From Octopus vulgaris (taxonomy: Eukaryota): a stretch of 64,000 bases of DNA. This document shows positions 28,250 through 43,029 of the stretch, one piece after another. The notes under the pieces were generated by a model. The model made no database searches. It worked only from the letters and a program-made list of their open reading frames with translations, and had not been told where the DNA came from. The stretch lies in NCBI GenBank assembly GCA_951406725.2, contig OX597842.1, positions 3,720,001-3,784,000 of the forward strand. Direction: 5' to 3'. The position numbers were made by a program, and so were the translations under genes. Positions within the stretch are counted from its first letter, which is position 1. Each line of letters opens with the position of its first letter.

Positions 28250-28325
28250 ATACTGATGACTACGCTTTGACAACTCAGGTTCTTAAAATAAATTTATTGT
28301 CTTTCTGTACGAAACGATTGTCTAG
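28250..28325 (+). ncRNA. Degenerate hammerhead
   Basis: TA CTGATGA CTAC...GTAC GAAAC GATT GTC^ TA. The first stem II pair is mismatched and stem I is weak. Confidence 0.6.
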
Positions 28326-28444
28326 TGAATTGAATAAATATTTTATCCCATATTAACATCTAATCTCCTCCATTTATAAAAAATATGATCGAATTTGTCC
28401 AACTTCGGTGTATAACTTCAATCATATACTTTATATATATATAA

Positions 28445-28625
28445 AGGCTCCGGCAGGGCGGGGCGATCCCTGCTGTACTCTTTCACCACAACTTTCTCTC
28501 ACTCTTTTTTCTGTTTGCCTGCTCGCTTAGCAGCGGGGTGGCGTCATTTGAAGGCTAAAACAATGCGAAGCGCATTGTGACCAGCAATGTGTAACAACAT
28601 CTAATAGCCTGGTCGGTCACGGTGA
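28445..28625 (+). mobile_element. SINE family B, 3' part
   Basis: Matches the reverse complement of 51058-51215. Confidence 0.85.
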
Positions 28626-29529
28626 TATATATATATATATATATATATAATAAATAATATATAATATAATATAATTATATATATATATGTGTGTGTGTGT
28701 GTGTATGTGTGTGTGAGTGTGTCACCAACGTTACAAAAAAATGAAATACGTAAGCAAACGAGGGGGAAATGAGTGAAATACGTAAACAACAAGCAAAAAA
28801 TGGAAAACAGGACAAGCTAACACAGAGAAAGGACCCTTCATCGTCGGCCGCCTATCTACTCCTCATTTCGAGCATTCAGTGACAATATGAGTCTTCAAAG
28901 ACAGTTTCTCCCATAAATTCTAAAATAAAATTTAGGATTTATGGGGGTCAAAGTTGGGAACAAATTAAATGATAGTGGAGACATACAAGGAAACCGAACG
29001 AAAATAAACATGGAAGGTTATTAAACCAGAACGAGAGGGAAATAATGGACCCGGGGAGAAACATTTATTAAAAGAGGAAAGATAGAAGAGATAGAAAAAA
29101 CATGTCCGTTCTTTTAAACATCCGAGCACGAAAAGAAAGATGGACGATGGTCACGCTTGTGCAACGAGAAAAAAAAAGAGAGGAGAGAGAGATAGAAAAA
29201 GAGGGGAGAGAGAGATAGAAAACGATGAAGGAGGAAGTGGAAGAAAAAGGGCATTAGAGAAGGATGAAGGATGAAAACAGTATAGCATAGAAAGTCGCAT
29301 CAAAAAATGAAGTTAAACTTACTTGGAAATGGATGCGTCGCGTTCAATGAAATAATAACGAGTCCCTTTTCCGTTTAGCAAATTGATTTGAGGGAGCACA
29401 GAGTTGGTCACAGGCTGTAGTAGAGGACACCTGTCCAAGGTACTGCGCAGTAGGACTGAACCCGAAACCCACGGGACTGCCTACGTCTCTCTCTCTCTCT
29501 CTCTTCCCCTCTCACTCTATCCATCTATT

Positions 29530-29938
29530 TACTTACTTTTACTTTTACTTGTTTCAGTCATTTGACTGTGGCCATGCCTGAGCACCGCCTTTAGTCGAGC
29601 AACTCGACCCCGGGACTTATTCTTTGTAAGCCTAGTACTTATTCTATCGGTCTCTTTTGCCGAACCGCAAAGTTACGGGGACGTAAACACACCAGCATCG
29701 GTTGTCAAGCAATGCTAGGGAGACAAACACAGACACACAAACATATACACACACACACACATATATGCATATATATGTCGGGCTTCTTTAAGTTTCCGTC
29801 TACCAAATCCACTCACAAGGCATTGGTCGGCCCGGGGCTATAGCAGAAGACACTTGCCCAAGATGCCACGCAGTGGGACTGAACCCGGAACCATGTGGTT
29901 GGTTAGCAAGCTACTTACCACACAGCCACTCCTGCACC
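29530..29938 (-). mobile_element. SINE family A, full length
   Basis: Complete head, body and tail. Confidence 0.92.
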
Positions 29939-30271
29939 TATATATATGTGTGTGTGCGTATACATATATGTATGTGTACGCACACACACGTGTGTATGCG
30001 CGTGTATGTGTGTGTGTGCGTGTATGTGTGTGTATGTGTGTGTGTGTACATTACGTGTGGTTCAATTCCCAGGAGAGCTTCTCAAATGTCACCATTGTCT
30101 TGTAATAAAATTTAATTTCCGTTTACGTTTCCTTCAACAAACAAGTTAACTTCATACTGTACCCCTCCCCTACACACAACACACACCATACACACACACA
30201 CACACCATTTCATTCACACACACACACACACACACAGATACATGTTATTTTCATTTTCTATACACATGTAA

Positions 30272-30414
<143 letters not shown>

Positions 30415-30679
30415 AATATACACACTATTTTTTTAACATTCGTGTATATTCCTGCTACGAGATTATGAAGGCTGATTTTCTCATTTATACACGCAATTGA
30501 TTACACATACAGTGATATACACATACACACTCATACACACATACATATAAACACATGTTCGCACAACTCACACACACCTGTGTATATTCTGTGTGTGTGT
30601 ATGTATGTACATGTACATAGCTATGCCTGTGCGTACGTATGTATGTATATATATATATTTGTGTGTGTGTGTGTGTATG

Positions 30680-30754
<75 letters not shown>

Positions 30755-30779
30755 GAACAAAAATATATATTTATATATG

Positions 30780-30814
<35 letters not shown>

Positions 30815-31259
30815 AACCGGTGCCACTATGACAGATAAACAACAGCTGGGTAGTAATGGTTTGTTTAAAAATCTCAAAATCGGCCGATAGACCCCCGTCC
30901 CACTCGCTCACACCTTAACTCCCTTCACACCCCAATGTCCTACCTTCCTCCTCTGGCACCCGTCAACCGACCCCTTCCCCCATGACATCCCATTACACAG
31001 GCACCCTTTTTCTCTAGTGCCTCCCCACCACCACCGATATCACACACCCCCACCTCGGCCCTCCCCCTTGCCGTACCCAGGGTACTCCCACCCTGACCTT
31101 AAACCTGACCCTCTGTACCCCTAACTTCCATTTGTTTATCTGAGTCAGTTTATTTACAACATCCTTTTTATTAAGCAGGCTGTGTCCTGTGTTCAATCTA
31201 TACCCGCTTCTCACCCCTTTCCATTCTATTCACTTAACTTTTATATATATCATATTCTT

Positions 31260-31627
31260 CTATACTTTTATTTCTTTCAATCATTTGACTGCGCCCATGC
31301 TGGAGCACCGCCTTTAGTCGAACAAATCAAACCCAGGACTTATTCTTTGTAAGCCTGGTACTTATTCTATCGGTACTAAGTTACGTGGACGGAAACAAAC
31401 CAACATCGGTTGTCAAGCGATAGTGTGGGAACAAACACAGATAGACAAAAACACACACATACATACATATTCATATATATACGATGGGCTTCTTCCCGTT
31501 TCTCTCAAGGCTTTGGTCAGCCCGGGGCTATAGTTGAAGACACTTGCCCAAGATGCCACGCAATGGGAATGAACCCAGAACCATGTGATTGGTAAACAAG
31601 CTGCTTACCACACAGCCACGTCTGCAT
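31260..31627 (-). mobile_element. SINE family A
   Basis: Matches family A. Confidence 0.88.
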
Positions 31628-31640
31628 CTATAATAAATAA

Positions 31641-31716
<76 letters not shown>

Positions 31717-31942
31717 CTGTGTGTATGTGTCTATACATATACATGTGTGAATGTGTGTGTGTGTATGGATGTGAGTGTATGTGGTTATATATTTGTGTTC
31801 TCCCACCACCTCCGAAAGGCCCAGGAACTGTGCGTCCTCGACAAAAATGAATTTGATTTTCGACATCTGCTTTCCAATGAGAAGATCGTCGTTAGAAATA
31901 ATTATGAAATATAATTTGCTACGAGAAATATGTCTTAGATTG

Positions 31943-32044
<102 letters not shown>

Positions 32045-32398
32045 GTATCCCCGTCAGGTTCTGTCTCTTCTACGCTTTCCCCTCTCTCCATATTTACCCC
32101 ATTCTTTATCCCCCTCTCCCTCTCTCCCTTTCTCTCAGCCTGCATACGCATTTTCTCTTTTGCATTTCTTTCATTCTACTTAAAACATCGTCTTCTGACG
32201 ATTACTTTCATTTTATGATGCACAGCGCAAATTCTGTTTTCTGATTAAAATCACCATGCTTTACACATCTGTAATATCTATCTATCTATCTAAAAAATGT
32301 TATGCAATAAATGATTCCAAAATTGGACTCAGCATGAAAAAGTGCATCAATATACCAAATTTGAAAATTTTCAGCTTATTTTGAAATTTTAAAATCTG

Positions 32399-32454
<56 letters not shown>

Positions 32455-32582
32455 TATCTCTTTCCCTTACGTTTTTCTCATTGCATATATTTATATATAT
32501 ATTTACCACACCCTCTCTGGAAATGTATATCGTCAAAACCGAGTGTGTATGGCTGTGTGTGTGCATGTGTGTGTGTTTGTGT

Positions 32583-32630
<48 letters not shown>

Positions 32631-33153
32631 TTATGCATTGGAAATTTCATAACGACGACGACAGATTGATTTATTGAAAGCATGCTTTTCTGTTAGTAAA
32701 TGTTTTTCTTACACACACACCCACTGGCTTGGTGCTGGTGGTTATTAATGATTTAGATTATAAATTTTCTGATGTTGTTTACATCCCAGTGATAGACCAT
32801 CCCTGGGCTAAACAAAATCGTTAGTTCCGCATCATCATTCCATAAAATGTGTTTATGGGGAGAAAAATATTGAAAAATATCAATACATGACAGGCAGATA
32901 AAGAAACGAAAAAGGTACCAGGTGGTCGTGGGATGTTCTAAGAAGCAACAGCTAAATCTTTTCTTCATAAAAAGGTTCTCCCTACCATTTGCAAGGGTGT
33001 AGTAAATTTTGAAAATCCTCGTTAAAACGGAGAAAATCCAGCTTGCGTGGGCATGCTATTCCGAAAGCCCGCAAAGGCATTCCATTGTGAAAAATTGCGC
33101 GGCAACGACAGGATACTTCACTAGTATGTGTGTGTGTGTTCCGCTGAAAACGG

Positions 33154-33256
<103 letters not shown>

Positions 33257-33299
33257 GGGGTGGAGACAGACAGACAGATAGACAGACAGACAGACAGAC

Positions 33300-33333
<34 letters not shown>

Positions 33334-33531
33334 TTAGATAGATAGATAGATAGATAACTACTGAGGATAAAAAATTATATTCAAATATATAACGTAAGAG
33401 GAAAGCCACTAAGTGGTTTCCTGACATGCTGAAAGTAGCCGCCAAATCGTCTAACCACGAAAAATGCGTTCTCACTTAATGGATGTACTTGCACAAGACA
33501 CTATGAAAACAACAAAAATGACCAGTCAATT

Positions 33532-33588
33532 CCATACTTCGAAGTTTCAGCATTAACAATTAAACAATTATCCATAGATCTTCAGTGG
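33532..33588 (-). ncRNA. Hammerhead motif with intact core and decayed stem II
   Basis: Minus strand: CCA CTGAAGA ... GAAAC TTCGAA GTA^ TGG. Palindromic stem III ACTTCGAAGT. Confidence 0.65.
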
Positions 33589-33978
33589 GTGTGTATGTGT
33601 ATATGTGTTATTTCAATTCCCTTCTACAAAATCTGCTCACATGGCTTATAGGACATTTGCCCAATGTTCCGTTTAGTGGGACTGAACCCCAAACCACTTC
33701 GTTAGGATGTAGTAGATACGACTGAACTGTGTGGGAGAGATAGTGTTGCTAGGATGACGTTGTAGGTCAGTGCTGAAATGCATTTCACCTATGATCAAAA
33801 GCCTGCCATCTGTGCCCAACACGTTTTACTTATGAAGAAATACATTGACCAATAAGGAGGTGTTTTGTTAAGTCCTCACCTTGTGGTAACACGAGTGTGA
33901 TTTGGCTGTTATTTTCTAGCCGTTCTGTGCTATGGTAATCGTGTTTGGGTGGACGGGAAGGTGTCTTCCGGTCGAGCT

Positions 33979-34386
33979 TACTCTTTTACTCTTTTACTTG
34001 TTTCAGTCATTTGACTGCGGCCATGCTGGAGCACCGCCTTTAGTCGAGCAAATCGACCCCGGGACTTATTCTTTGTAAGCCCAGTACTTATTCTATTGGT
34101 CTCTTTTGCCGAACCGCTAAGTAACGGGGACGTAAACACACCAGCATCGGTTGTCAAGCAATGCTAGGGGGACAAACACAGACACACAAACACATACACT
34201 TATATATATATATACATATATACGACAGGCTTCTTTCAGTTTCCGTCTACCAAATCCACTCACAAGGCATTGATCGGCCCGGGGCTATAGCAGAAGACAC
34301 TTGCCCAAGATGCCACGCAGTGGGACTGAACCCGGAACCATGTGGTTGGTTAGCAAGCTACTTACCACACAGCCACTCCTGCGCCT
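33979..34386 (-). mobile_element. SINE family A, full length and young-looking
   Basis: Very close to the 29530 copy. Confidence 0.93.
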
Positions 34387-34417
34387 ATGTTATTGTTGTT
34401 ATATGTTTTAACTCCTT

Positions 34418-34975
34418 GCAGTCACGTGGTTAGTGTATTTGGCTCGCGATCGTAAGGTCGTGAGTTCAATTCCCGGCGGAGCGTTGTGTTCTTGAGCAAG
34501 ACACTTTACTTCATGCTGCTCCATTCCACTCAGCCGGCAAAAATCTGTTGTAGCTGTATTTCTGAGGACCAGCCTTGTCACACTCTGTATCATGCTGTAT
34601 CTCCCTGAGATCTACGTTAAGGGCATGCATATCTGTGGAGTACTCAGCCATTTACACGTTAATTTCATGAGCACGTTGATCTGTTGATCGGATCAGCTGT
34701 AACTCCTGTCATCATAACCGACAGAATGCCAATGTCCTTGAGCAAGACACTTTATTCCGCATTGCTCCAGTCCACTCAGCTGGCAAAAATGAGTTGTACC
34801 TGTATTTCAAAGGGCCAGCTTCGTCACATCTTGTGCCATACTGAATCCCCCTGAGAACTATGTTAAGGGTTCATGTGTCTGTGGAGTACTCAGCCACTTG
34901 CACGCTAATTTCATGAGCAGGCAGTTCCATTGATCGGATCAACTGGAAACTTCGTCGTCGTAACCGACAGAGCAC
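34418..34975 (+). mobile_element. SINE family D: a full copy plus a tandem headless copy
   Basis: B box GAGTTCAATTCCC. TG.TCTTGAGCAAGACACTTTA...TAACCGACAGA occurs twice (about 34486-34725 and 34733-34972). Confidence 0.85.
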
Positions 34976-35629
34976 AAGTTTATTTCATGTTTAACCCCTG
35001 GCTCATCTCAAAGGCAACAGGAGCATTGTATCAAAGACATTCCATCTGCGCCCTTCCCGACATTTTGTACTCCTACCCATTTCCTTCCCAGTGCACCCCA
35101 GAATCATATAATCCTCGAGTGACCAATTCTGCGGTCACTCGGGTGTGATTCGTGGGAGATTTCACAGCTATTTCCTGCAGGTCAGGCCGTGACATAGAAA
35201 CTACATGCATGATCTGGGATCTCAAGGGCAGGGGACGGGGTTAATATGTACATGTAGTGGTAGGGACTGATAAGGTTCTGTGGCGGCGAGGGGTGCGGAG
35301 GAGGGGTTGCTTACAGCAACAAACTATGACCTCACCCCCTCTCTTCCCCCTCTCGTCCATGCCATTCACAACGGGGAAACATCTGAAGGATTTCTCATAA
35401 GGCTCTTGCAGAAATCATCGACCATAAAAAAGAATCTCACAAACCCCCACCCCTTATACCCGTCCGCCACCATTATCATTTCTCGCTACTGTCCTAGCAA
35501 AAAGGGGGTGAGCAAGGGGCTGGTTGGGGGTGAAGGTGGGAAAGGGGTGGGGGGAAAAGGGTGGGAGAGTACTAAAGAATATTTTAAAATTCCTTCTTTG
35601 TTGTCCTCTTTGTCGTTTCCTTACATCAG

Positions 35630-35719
35630 CGATTTATTATTATTGTCATCAACATCATCATTACGACTACTGCTGCTGCTGCCACTGCTGCTGCTCCTAT
35701 TATTATAATAATAATAATA

Positions 35720-35760
<41 letters not shown>

Positions 35761-35767
35761 CATCATC

Positions 35768-35817
<50 letters not shown>

Positions 35818-36382
35818 TATCATAATCATCATCGTTATTCTCATTATTATTAATAATTATATTCTTTTTATTACTGTTGTTGTCGTTGTTGTCCCTATTG
35901 TTTTTGTTGTTCCTTTTTCTTCCTTTCTCTCATTTTTCCTCTCCTTCTTCCTCTTCTTCTTCTTTTCTTCTTCTTCTTCTTCTTCTTTTTATTATTATTA
36001 TTATTATTATTGGTTTTCTTGTTGTCCTAACTGCTGTTTTGCTCTTTATTGACATTCCAACGCGTCTCACACTGCTCCCCACCTCCTCCCCTTCCCTCCT
36101 CCTCTCTTCCACCTCCCCCTCCCCTCCTCTCCTTCCTCCTCCTCCCCCTCCACGTCGTCGTTGTTTATCCTTCCACTTAAATTGAATGTTTCGTCGTTAT
36201 CGATATTCGATTTAACGAGCAATTATTGTTGTTGTTGTTGTCGATGTAGCCTGCTGATAATGGTTTTGTTGGTGTTGTTGATGTCTTTATTATTGTTGTT
36301 ATAAATGCAGCAATTATTCTATTAGTGCTGTTGTCGTCGTCGACGACGCTGCTGCTGCTGTTGCTGCTGCTGTTGCTGTTGC

Positions 36383-36443
<61 letters not shown>

Positions 36444-36445
36444 GA
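35630..36445. repeat. Trinucleotide low-complexity block (TAT/CAT/CTT/GTT/CTG)
   Basis: Direct reading. Confidence 0.95.
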
Positions 36446-36481
36446 CCTTCTGACACAGCAAGCTGGTGAAATCGTTGGTAG

Positions 36482-36665
36482 CTGGAGTGGCTGTGGGGTA
36501 AGAAGCATGCTTTCCCAGTCAAATGGTTCCGGGTTCAGTCCCACCGCGTGGCACCTTGAGCAGGTGTCTTCTGCTATAGCCTCAGGCTGACCAAAGCCTC
36601 GTGAGTGGATTTGATAGATGGAAACTGAAAGAAGCCCGTCGTATATCTATATGTGTGTGTGTGTG

Positions 36666-36717
<52 letters not shown>

Positions 36718-36719
36718 AG

Positions 36720-36756
<37 letters not shown>

Positions 36757-36980
36757 TTATCTATCTATCTATGTATATGTCTTTGTGTCAGTGTTTGTCC
36801 CCTAGCACTGCTATAGGGTATTTACGTGCCCGTAACTTAGTGGTTCGGCAAAACAGACCGATAGAATAAGTACTACGCTTCATGAAATAAGGCCCAAGGT
36901 AGATGAGTTCGACTAATACCTTTCAAGGCGTAGTCAGATCATGGCCGCAGTCAAATGACTGATAAAAGTAAAAGATAAAA
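36482..36980 (+). mobile_element. SINE family A with internal (TATC)n
   Basis: Family A head and tail. Confidence 0.88.
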
Positions 36981-36994
36981 CATTATATATATAT

Positions 36995-37241
36995 ATCTGT
37001 AAATATAATAAGTGACAATTATTCGGTAGCCAAGATAAAACTCCGAGTTTCAGATGCTGAGGTGGAAATCCACAACACCATCTAACCGAAGAGATGGTGT
37101 TGTGGATTTCCACCTCGGCATCCGAGACTTAGAGTTTTATCATGGCTACCGAATAATTGTCACTTATTATTTTACAGATAAATTCCTGTATTTACATAAT
37201 ATTGAGGTCTCTTTCTTTCTTTTGTTATCTGACCGTTTTTA

Positions 37242-37245
<4 letters not shown>
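36995..37245 (+). mobile_element. Fold-back Penelope-like element with a degenerate hammerhead
   Basis: Inverted arms 36995-37083 / 37092-37180. CCGAAGA GATG...CATCC GAGAC TTAGA GTT TTATC. Confidence 0.7.
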
Positions 37246-37289
<44 letters not shown>

Positions 37290-37378
37290 TATTAGAGACA
37301 AAACCACTATTTTGCAAAACAAACAAGGAAAGACTTAATCAATACATAAAATTTTAATAAATAGTCAAAATATATGTT

Positions 37379-37440
<62 letters not shown>

Positions 37441-37478
37441 ATCTCTCACATACACATACACACACACACACACGGACA

Positions 37479-37531
<53 letters not shown>

Positions 37532-37749
37532 ATACTTAATCTAAATACATCATTTAAAGGCTAATTTACTGCGGAATTCATCCAGAGATAACATCTATCA
37601 TGAACGTGCTGTGTTTAACAGCGATGGATTTATATTAAGTATGCTGTATTTATATTGCGTTTTTAATCACAGCACGTCCGTAGGAGATGTTATCTCTGGA
37701 CAAATAGCGCAATTAATTTGCCTTTCAATGATGTATTTACGTTAAGTAT
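37532..37749. mobile_element. Fold-back MITE-like element
   Basis: About 85-bp diverged inverted arms (ATACTTAA..TAAATACATCATT / AATGATGTATTTA..TTAAGTAT, CCAGAGATAACATCT / AGATGTTATCTCTGG). Confidence 0.7.
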
Positions 37750-37853
37750 GATACATAGAGAGGTGATTTAATCAAACACTGCTTGTATTGCATATATCGG
37801 ATACATACATACATACATACATACATACATACATACATACATACATACATACA

Positions 37854-37887
<34 letters not shown>

Positions 37888-38164
37888 CATACATACATGC
37901 ATAAAAATATATGTGTATATAGTTAAGTGAAATTCGGATAAACACCTTATGGTGCACTCTATTGACTACCTGATGTCATCATACACTACAAATACACATG
38001 TTACTGCACATACTTCAGGAATTCCGTACTGTCCATAGGATTTATATAAATAGATCAAAGACAGAAAATGGAATTAATGTATGTATGCATGTATGAGTGT
38101 ATGTATATATGTGTGTATATATATATATAGATATGTGTGTATGTATAAATGTATGTATACTCTG

Positions 38165-38368
38165 TTACTATTTTACTTGTTTCAGTCATTTGACTGCGGC
38201 CATGCCGGAGCACCGCCTTTAGTCGGGAAAATCGACCCCAGGACTTATTCATTGTAAGCTTAGTACTTATTCTATCGGTCTCTTTGCCGAACCGTTAAGT
38301 TACGGGGATGTAAACACACCAGCATCGGTTGTCAAGCGATGTTGGTGGGGACAAACACACACACAAAC

Positions 38369-38403
<35 letters not shown>

Positions 38404-38945
38404 CATATATATGACGAGCTTCTTTCAGTTTTCATCTACCAAATCCACTCACAAGACACTTGCACAAGGTGTCAAGCAGTGGGACTGAACCCAGAACCAT
38501 GTGGTTGGTAAGCAAGCTACTTACTACACAGCCACTCCTGCGCCTATGTATGTATGTATGTATGTATGTATGTATGTATGTATGTATGTATGTATGTATG
38601 TATATATGTATATATGTATTATGTATGGATGTGCGACGAACTTCTTTTAGTTTCCGTCGACCAAATCCACTCACAAAGCTTTGGTCACCCCGAGTAGAAG
38701 ACATGTGTCCTAGGTGTCACACAGTGGGACTGAACCCAGAACTATGTGGTTGGGAACCACATAGCCACGCCTGCGCCTAGGTGATTACGTCCCCATAACT
38801 TAGCGGTTTGACAAATGAGACTGGTAAATTAAGTACTGAACTTTAAAAAACAAGTCCTGAGGTTGATTTGTTCTACTAAAACTCTTTTAGACGGTGCTCC
38901 AGCATGCCCGCAGTCAAATCAATGGAACAAATAAATGACAAAAGA
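38165..38945. mobile_element. Cluster of three SINE A pieces (-, -, +)
   Basis: 38165-38546 (-), 38632-38778 (-), 38785-38945 (+). Confidence 0.85.
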
Positions 38946-39059
38946 TAATAAATGCCAGAAAAAATAATTCGTGGTATTTCTTCTGGGAGTCTGCATTCTG
39001 AGTTCAATCTCACCAATATCAAACCTCGTCATTTATCGTCCCCTGGGTCATAAAAATGA

Positions 39060-39510
39060 ACTCACAGCCAAGACCTCGGGCAATGACATCGACAATCGCC
39101 CTACCCTCGAGCAGTGCTGTTTTCTGCAAGTCCTTCACCCTTATTGCAGCCCCTATTTGTTTCATGTACTTCTCAAGATTTTTTACTCACTGTTCCCAGG
39201 GCTCCGACAATTATTGTTACTACTACCAACTTTTTCAGCGACCACAGCTGCCTCTTCTATCTATCGACTTTTCTTTCTTCTTTATTGCATAAAGCTAGGC
39301 ATGCTATATCTATGATCCAACATCGCTTGCTTTCTTTCTCAATTAAGTCTATGTCTGGCTTCCTATTCTCTATTTCATGGTTGCACTGAATCATAAAATC
39401 CCATAGGATCTTTCGATTATCATTTTCGATGATGCCTTCGGGTTTATGTTTGTACCACTTTTTTTGCTCAGTGAAGTCCATATTTGTTGCAAAGTGTCCA
39501 ATGGACAAGC
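39060..39510 (-). mobile_element. R4/Dong-clade non-LTR retrotransposon 3' fragment (restriction-like endonuclease)
   Basis: KWYKHKP...KILWDF.IQ...RKPDI...CWIIDIAC and DLQKTALL. Confidence 0.88.
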
Positions 39511-39541
39511 TTGCTGTATTGTCATGACGTCTTTTATATTC

Positions 39542-39573
<32 letters not shown>

Positions 39574-39599
39574 TATCATTTAATTTTAATCTGCATGTT

Positions 39600-40385
39600 T
39601 GTTACAATCACTCGCCGAGACACACCCAGCGTCCTAGGGCGAAAGAAGGATAAGAGATATTACAGTATGACTGAAAGCTTGGAGAGTGCTAATGGAAAGG
39701 GGCAGTAGCGAAATATCTTCATGTAATACAGCACAGACATTTAAACTGATAGGGTTTTTTCTAAGGATGTGGGCAGCACTAGTCAGTACAATCTTTTGGA
39801 TTTCTCTGAGACATGGTTCTCCAGGGATATTAACAAGATGTTTCTGTCATCCCTTTCTTATCATACAAAAGTCAACCACAATAATAAGAACAGTTCTAAA
39901 TTTAAGATGCCATATCTCTTGTATTTCAATTTCCAGATACTTATATTTACTTAATTTGTGAAATTCCATTACAGATATATTTCTATCAGTGGGAACATTT
40001 ACATCTATTAGTCTACAAGTATTTTCTTCCCTGTCTTTAATGACTATGTCTGGTCGATTAGCCTGGATCGTCTTGTCGTTGTTGACTGGAAAGTCGAAGA
40101 GGATAGTGATATTTTTACCATCAACGATTGGCTTAGAATGATGTTCATACCAGTAAGCAGGAGGGCTGATTTTGTAGCGTTTACATATTTTCCAATGTAA
40201 GTACTGTCCTACCCTATCGTGGGGCTTTTTTTATTCGTTTGGTGTCAGCATAGGACATCCCGAGAGAAGTTGGTCTGTTGTTTCATCAAATGTATCGCAA
40301 AATCTGCATTTAGGGTCAGAACCGTTTTGAAGGACGTTAGCCTGATAGTTGTTGGTAAGCAAGCTTTGATTTTGTGCCGCTAAGG
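39600..40385 (-). mobile_element. R4/Dong-clade 3' fragment, second family
   Basis: AAQNQSLLTNNY, CCHC-type CRFC...ETTDQLLSGC, ANRPDIVIKD...LIDVNVP, EIQKIVLTSAAHILRK. Confidence 0.9.
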
Positions 40386-40394
40386 AACATGTAC

Positions 40395-40695
40395 GGCAAT
40401 AATTTGGGATTCTAGGGCCCACAGCTATTTAACGCCTGGCCAAAACATCTCAGGAATCTTCATAGAGTGAGGGTAGATGTTTTCAAGAAACAACTTGACT
40501 TCTTGCTATCCAAGATCCTAGATGGACCAATATCAAGGCAGGAAACTCAAAAGAGGGCAGCAGTGTCGAACTCCCTCCTTCACCAAAAGTTAACCACATA
40601 GAATTGACCAATTAAAAGGTGATTACACTGGCAGTGGCCCAGCATGGCTACAGCTTTATGGCTGAAAAACATAAGGGGATTAAAGAATAAAATAA
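40395..40695 (+). mobile_element. CR1/L2-group LINE 3' end (same family as 45-972)
   Basis: Near-identical to about 710-932, with a more complete 3' UTR. Confidence 0.9.
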
Positions 40696-40890
40696 TGTTT
40701 TTTGTGTCAGTATTTGTCCCCCCCCACCACCACCACCGCTTGACAACCGGTGTTGGCGTGTTAACGTCTCTGTGAATTAGCGGTTCGGCAAAAGTTACGG
40801 ATAAAGTAAGTACCAGGCGTTAAAAAATAAGCACGGTGTGGGGGGGGGTATTAAAACTCTTCAGGGCGATAAAAGATAAAAGATGTGTAT

Positions 40891-40986
40891 AATTTATTAT
40901 TCTTAAACAAGAATATTGTTGATAGTGACTTCGAAGTTGCGGTCAATCACTGTCAACAACATTCTTGTTTAAGGATAATAAATTTG
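40891..40986. repeat. Hairpin with arms of about 38 bp; hammerhead remnant in the loop
   Basis: AATTTATTATTCTTAAACAAGAATATTGTTGATAGTGA and its inverse. The loop carries ACTTCGAAGT, as at 33536. Confidence 0.75.
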
Positions 40987-41283
40987 TACTCTACAAAAGT
41001 ATAGATTAATGTAAATTACATCAGATTAGTGTAAAATCATTTTTATCATAACTGAAGATAAAAATACACACACACACACATAATATGTGCAAAGAGATAT
41101 ACGCACAAGCATATATACACTCACATACATATATGCCAATGCATATACGCATAAACACCCAACTACATACATGCGCACAACCTCCATATACATACACAGG
41201 TACAAAGCTACACACACATACGTATAAACACATGGATACGCACATATATACGTACAAAAATACACGCACAAGTGTATATATAC

Positions 41284-41349
<66 letters not shown>

Positions 41350-41356
41350 CGCACAA

Positions 41357-41392
<36 letters not shown>

Positions 41393-41614
41393 AATTATAT
41401 ATATATAAATAATAATATATAAATTATATATATATAAATAATAATATAATATAAATTATATATATATATATGCATACACACACAAGTAGATACATATATT
41501 CCACTCACAAACACACATCACTCACACATTCACAGAGGCACATACACTTACAGAAATATACACACACAAGCACATATACACATACACAAACACATGTGCA
41601 CATATTTCCGACAA

Positions 41615-41695
<81 letters not shown>

Positions 41696-41783
41696 CGCAC
41701 ACACACATAATATGTATAAAGAGATACACGCACAAGCATATATACACACAGACACACACACACACACACACGTATATATATAT

Positions 41784-41851
<68 letters not shown>

Positions 41852-43029
41852 GTAAACTCACACGCCCTCACATGCACAAACATACAGACACACAAGAACA
41901 CCACCGAACAGACATTTCGACAATCACACACACACATACACATACAACCATACATACACAGATAAAAAAATACATACACGCGAAGCAATATGATGATACA
42001 TTCACGGCTCACCCATTTACCCAACATCGACCAAAATGTGTGCGTTACGAAACCACATCAAACTACAGCAGCGCAACCCTTTGATCAAATGACCTGTAAA
42101 TGACATCTAATTAAAAAAAAATTAATTTAACTACGTCATGTGATCATCGCAGAACACTGTGCTATGTGGAATTTATTTCATTAGTTTTGCTTCGTTTTTC
42201 ATTTTTATAATTCTTTTTCAGGAAAGTCTTTTTAAATCTTCCTTTACAGCAGATAATTACTGCATTCCTATACATTGATTAAAAGATTTTTTTCACAAGA
42301 ATGCTGTTGTTGTTGATGTTATTATTATTGTCGTTATCATTACCATCATTGTTGTTGTTGTTGTTGTTGTTTATGCTCAGGTCAGCCCCTCAAGACACAG
42401 CCGTATAATCAGATGCAGCCAACCGTGACAGCTTCGTCTGTTTGTTTAAGGGTAGCTATGAACGTTTTCTAAACGATTTTTTACGTTTCTCTTCCGCTTT
42501 TTTTTTTTAACTTTTTCCTTGTTCTTTTTATTGTTATTATTTATATCAAGATGTCGGGGTGTATGGTTTGAGGGCGGTGTTTGGCTACTATGTCTTCAGC
42601 GTTGAACGACCATGTGGTTATTGTACAAATCATGCTATTTAATGTCACACAATTTTGTTGTTTTTTAATGTTCGTTTTTCTTGTTTTTCGTGTTTTTATT
42701 CTTTATATTCTCATCCATATTACAGCAATAAAAAGAAGCAAGCACACACATACACATATTCACACACACACTCACACAAACAGACACATACGCGAGCTTG
42801 CATAGATACATACACATGTCTAAATCGTGGAATACCGTCGGTTTCGACGAGGATCATTCGAGAATATTCTCTCAGACACGGCTACATACATACACACAAA
42901 GAAACTCACACACACATTATATGTATGAATGTACACATGTAAGTTATATGTCTGTATACATGCATATACGTCAATCTATATACGCAAACAGCCACACACG
43001 CGCTCACGCGCGCACACACACACACACAC

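Noticed and set aside
35280-35708. 142-aa ORF as a host exon
   Set aside because: Non-ATG start, runs into low-complexity sequence, no recognisable domain or splice support.
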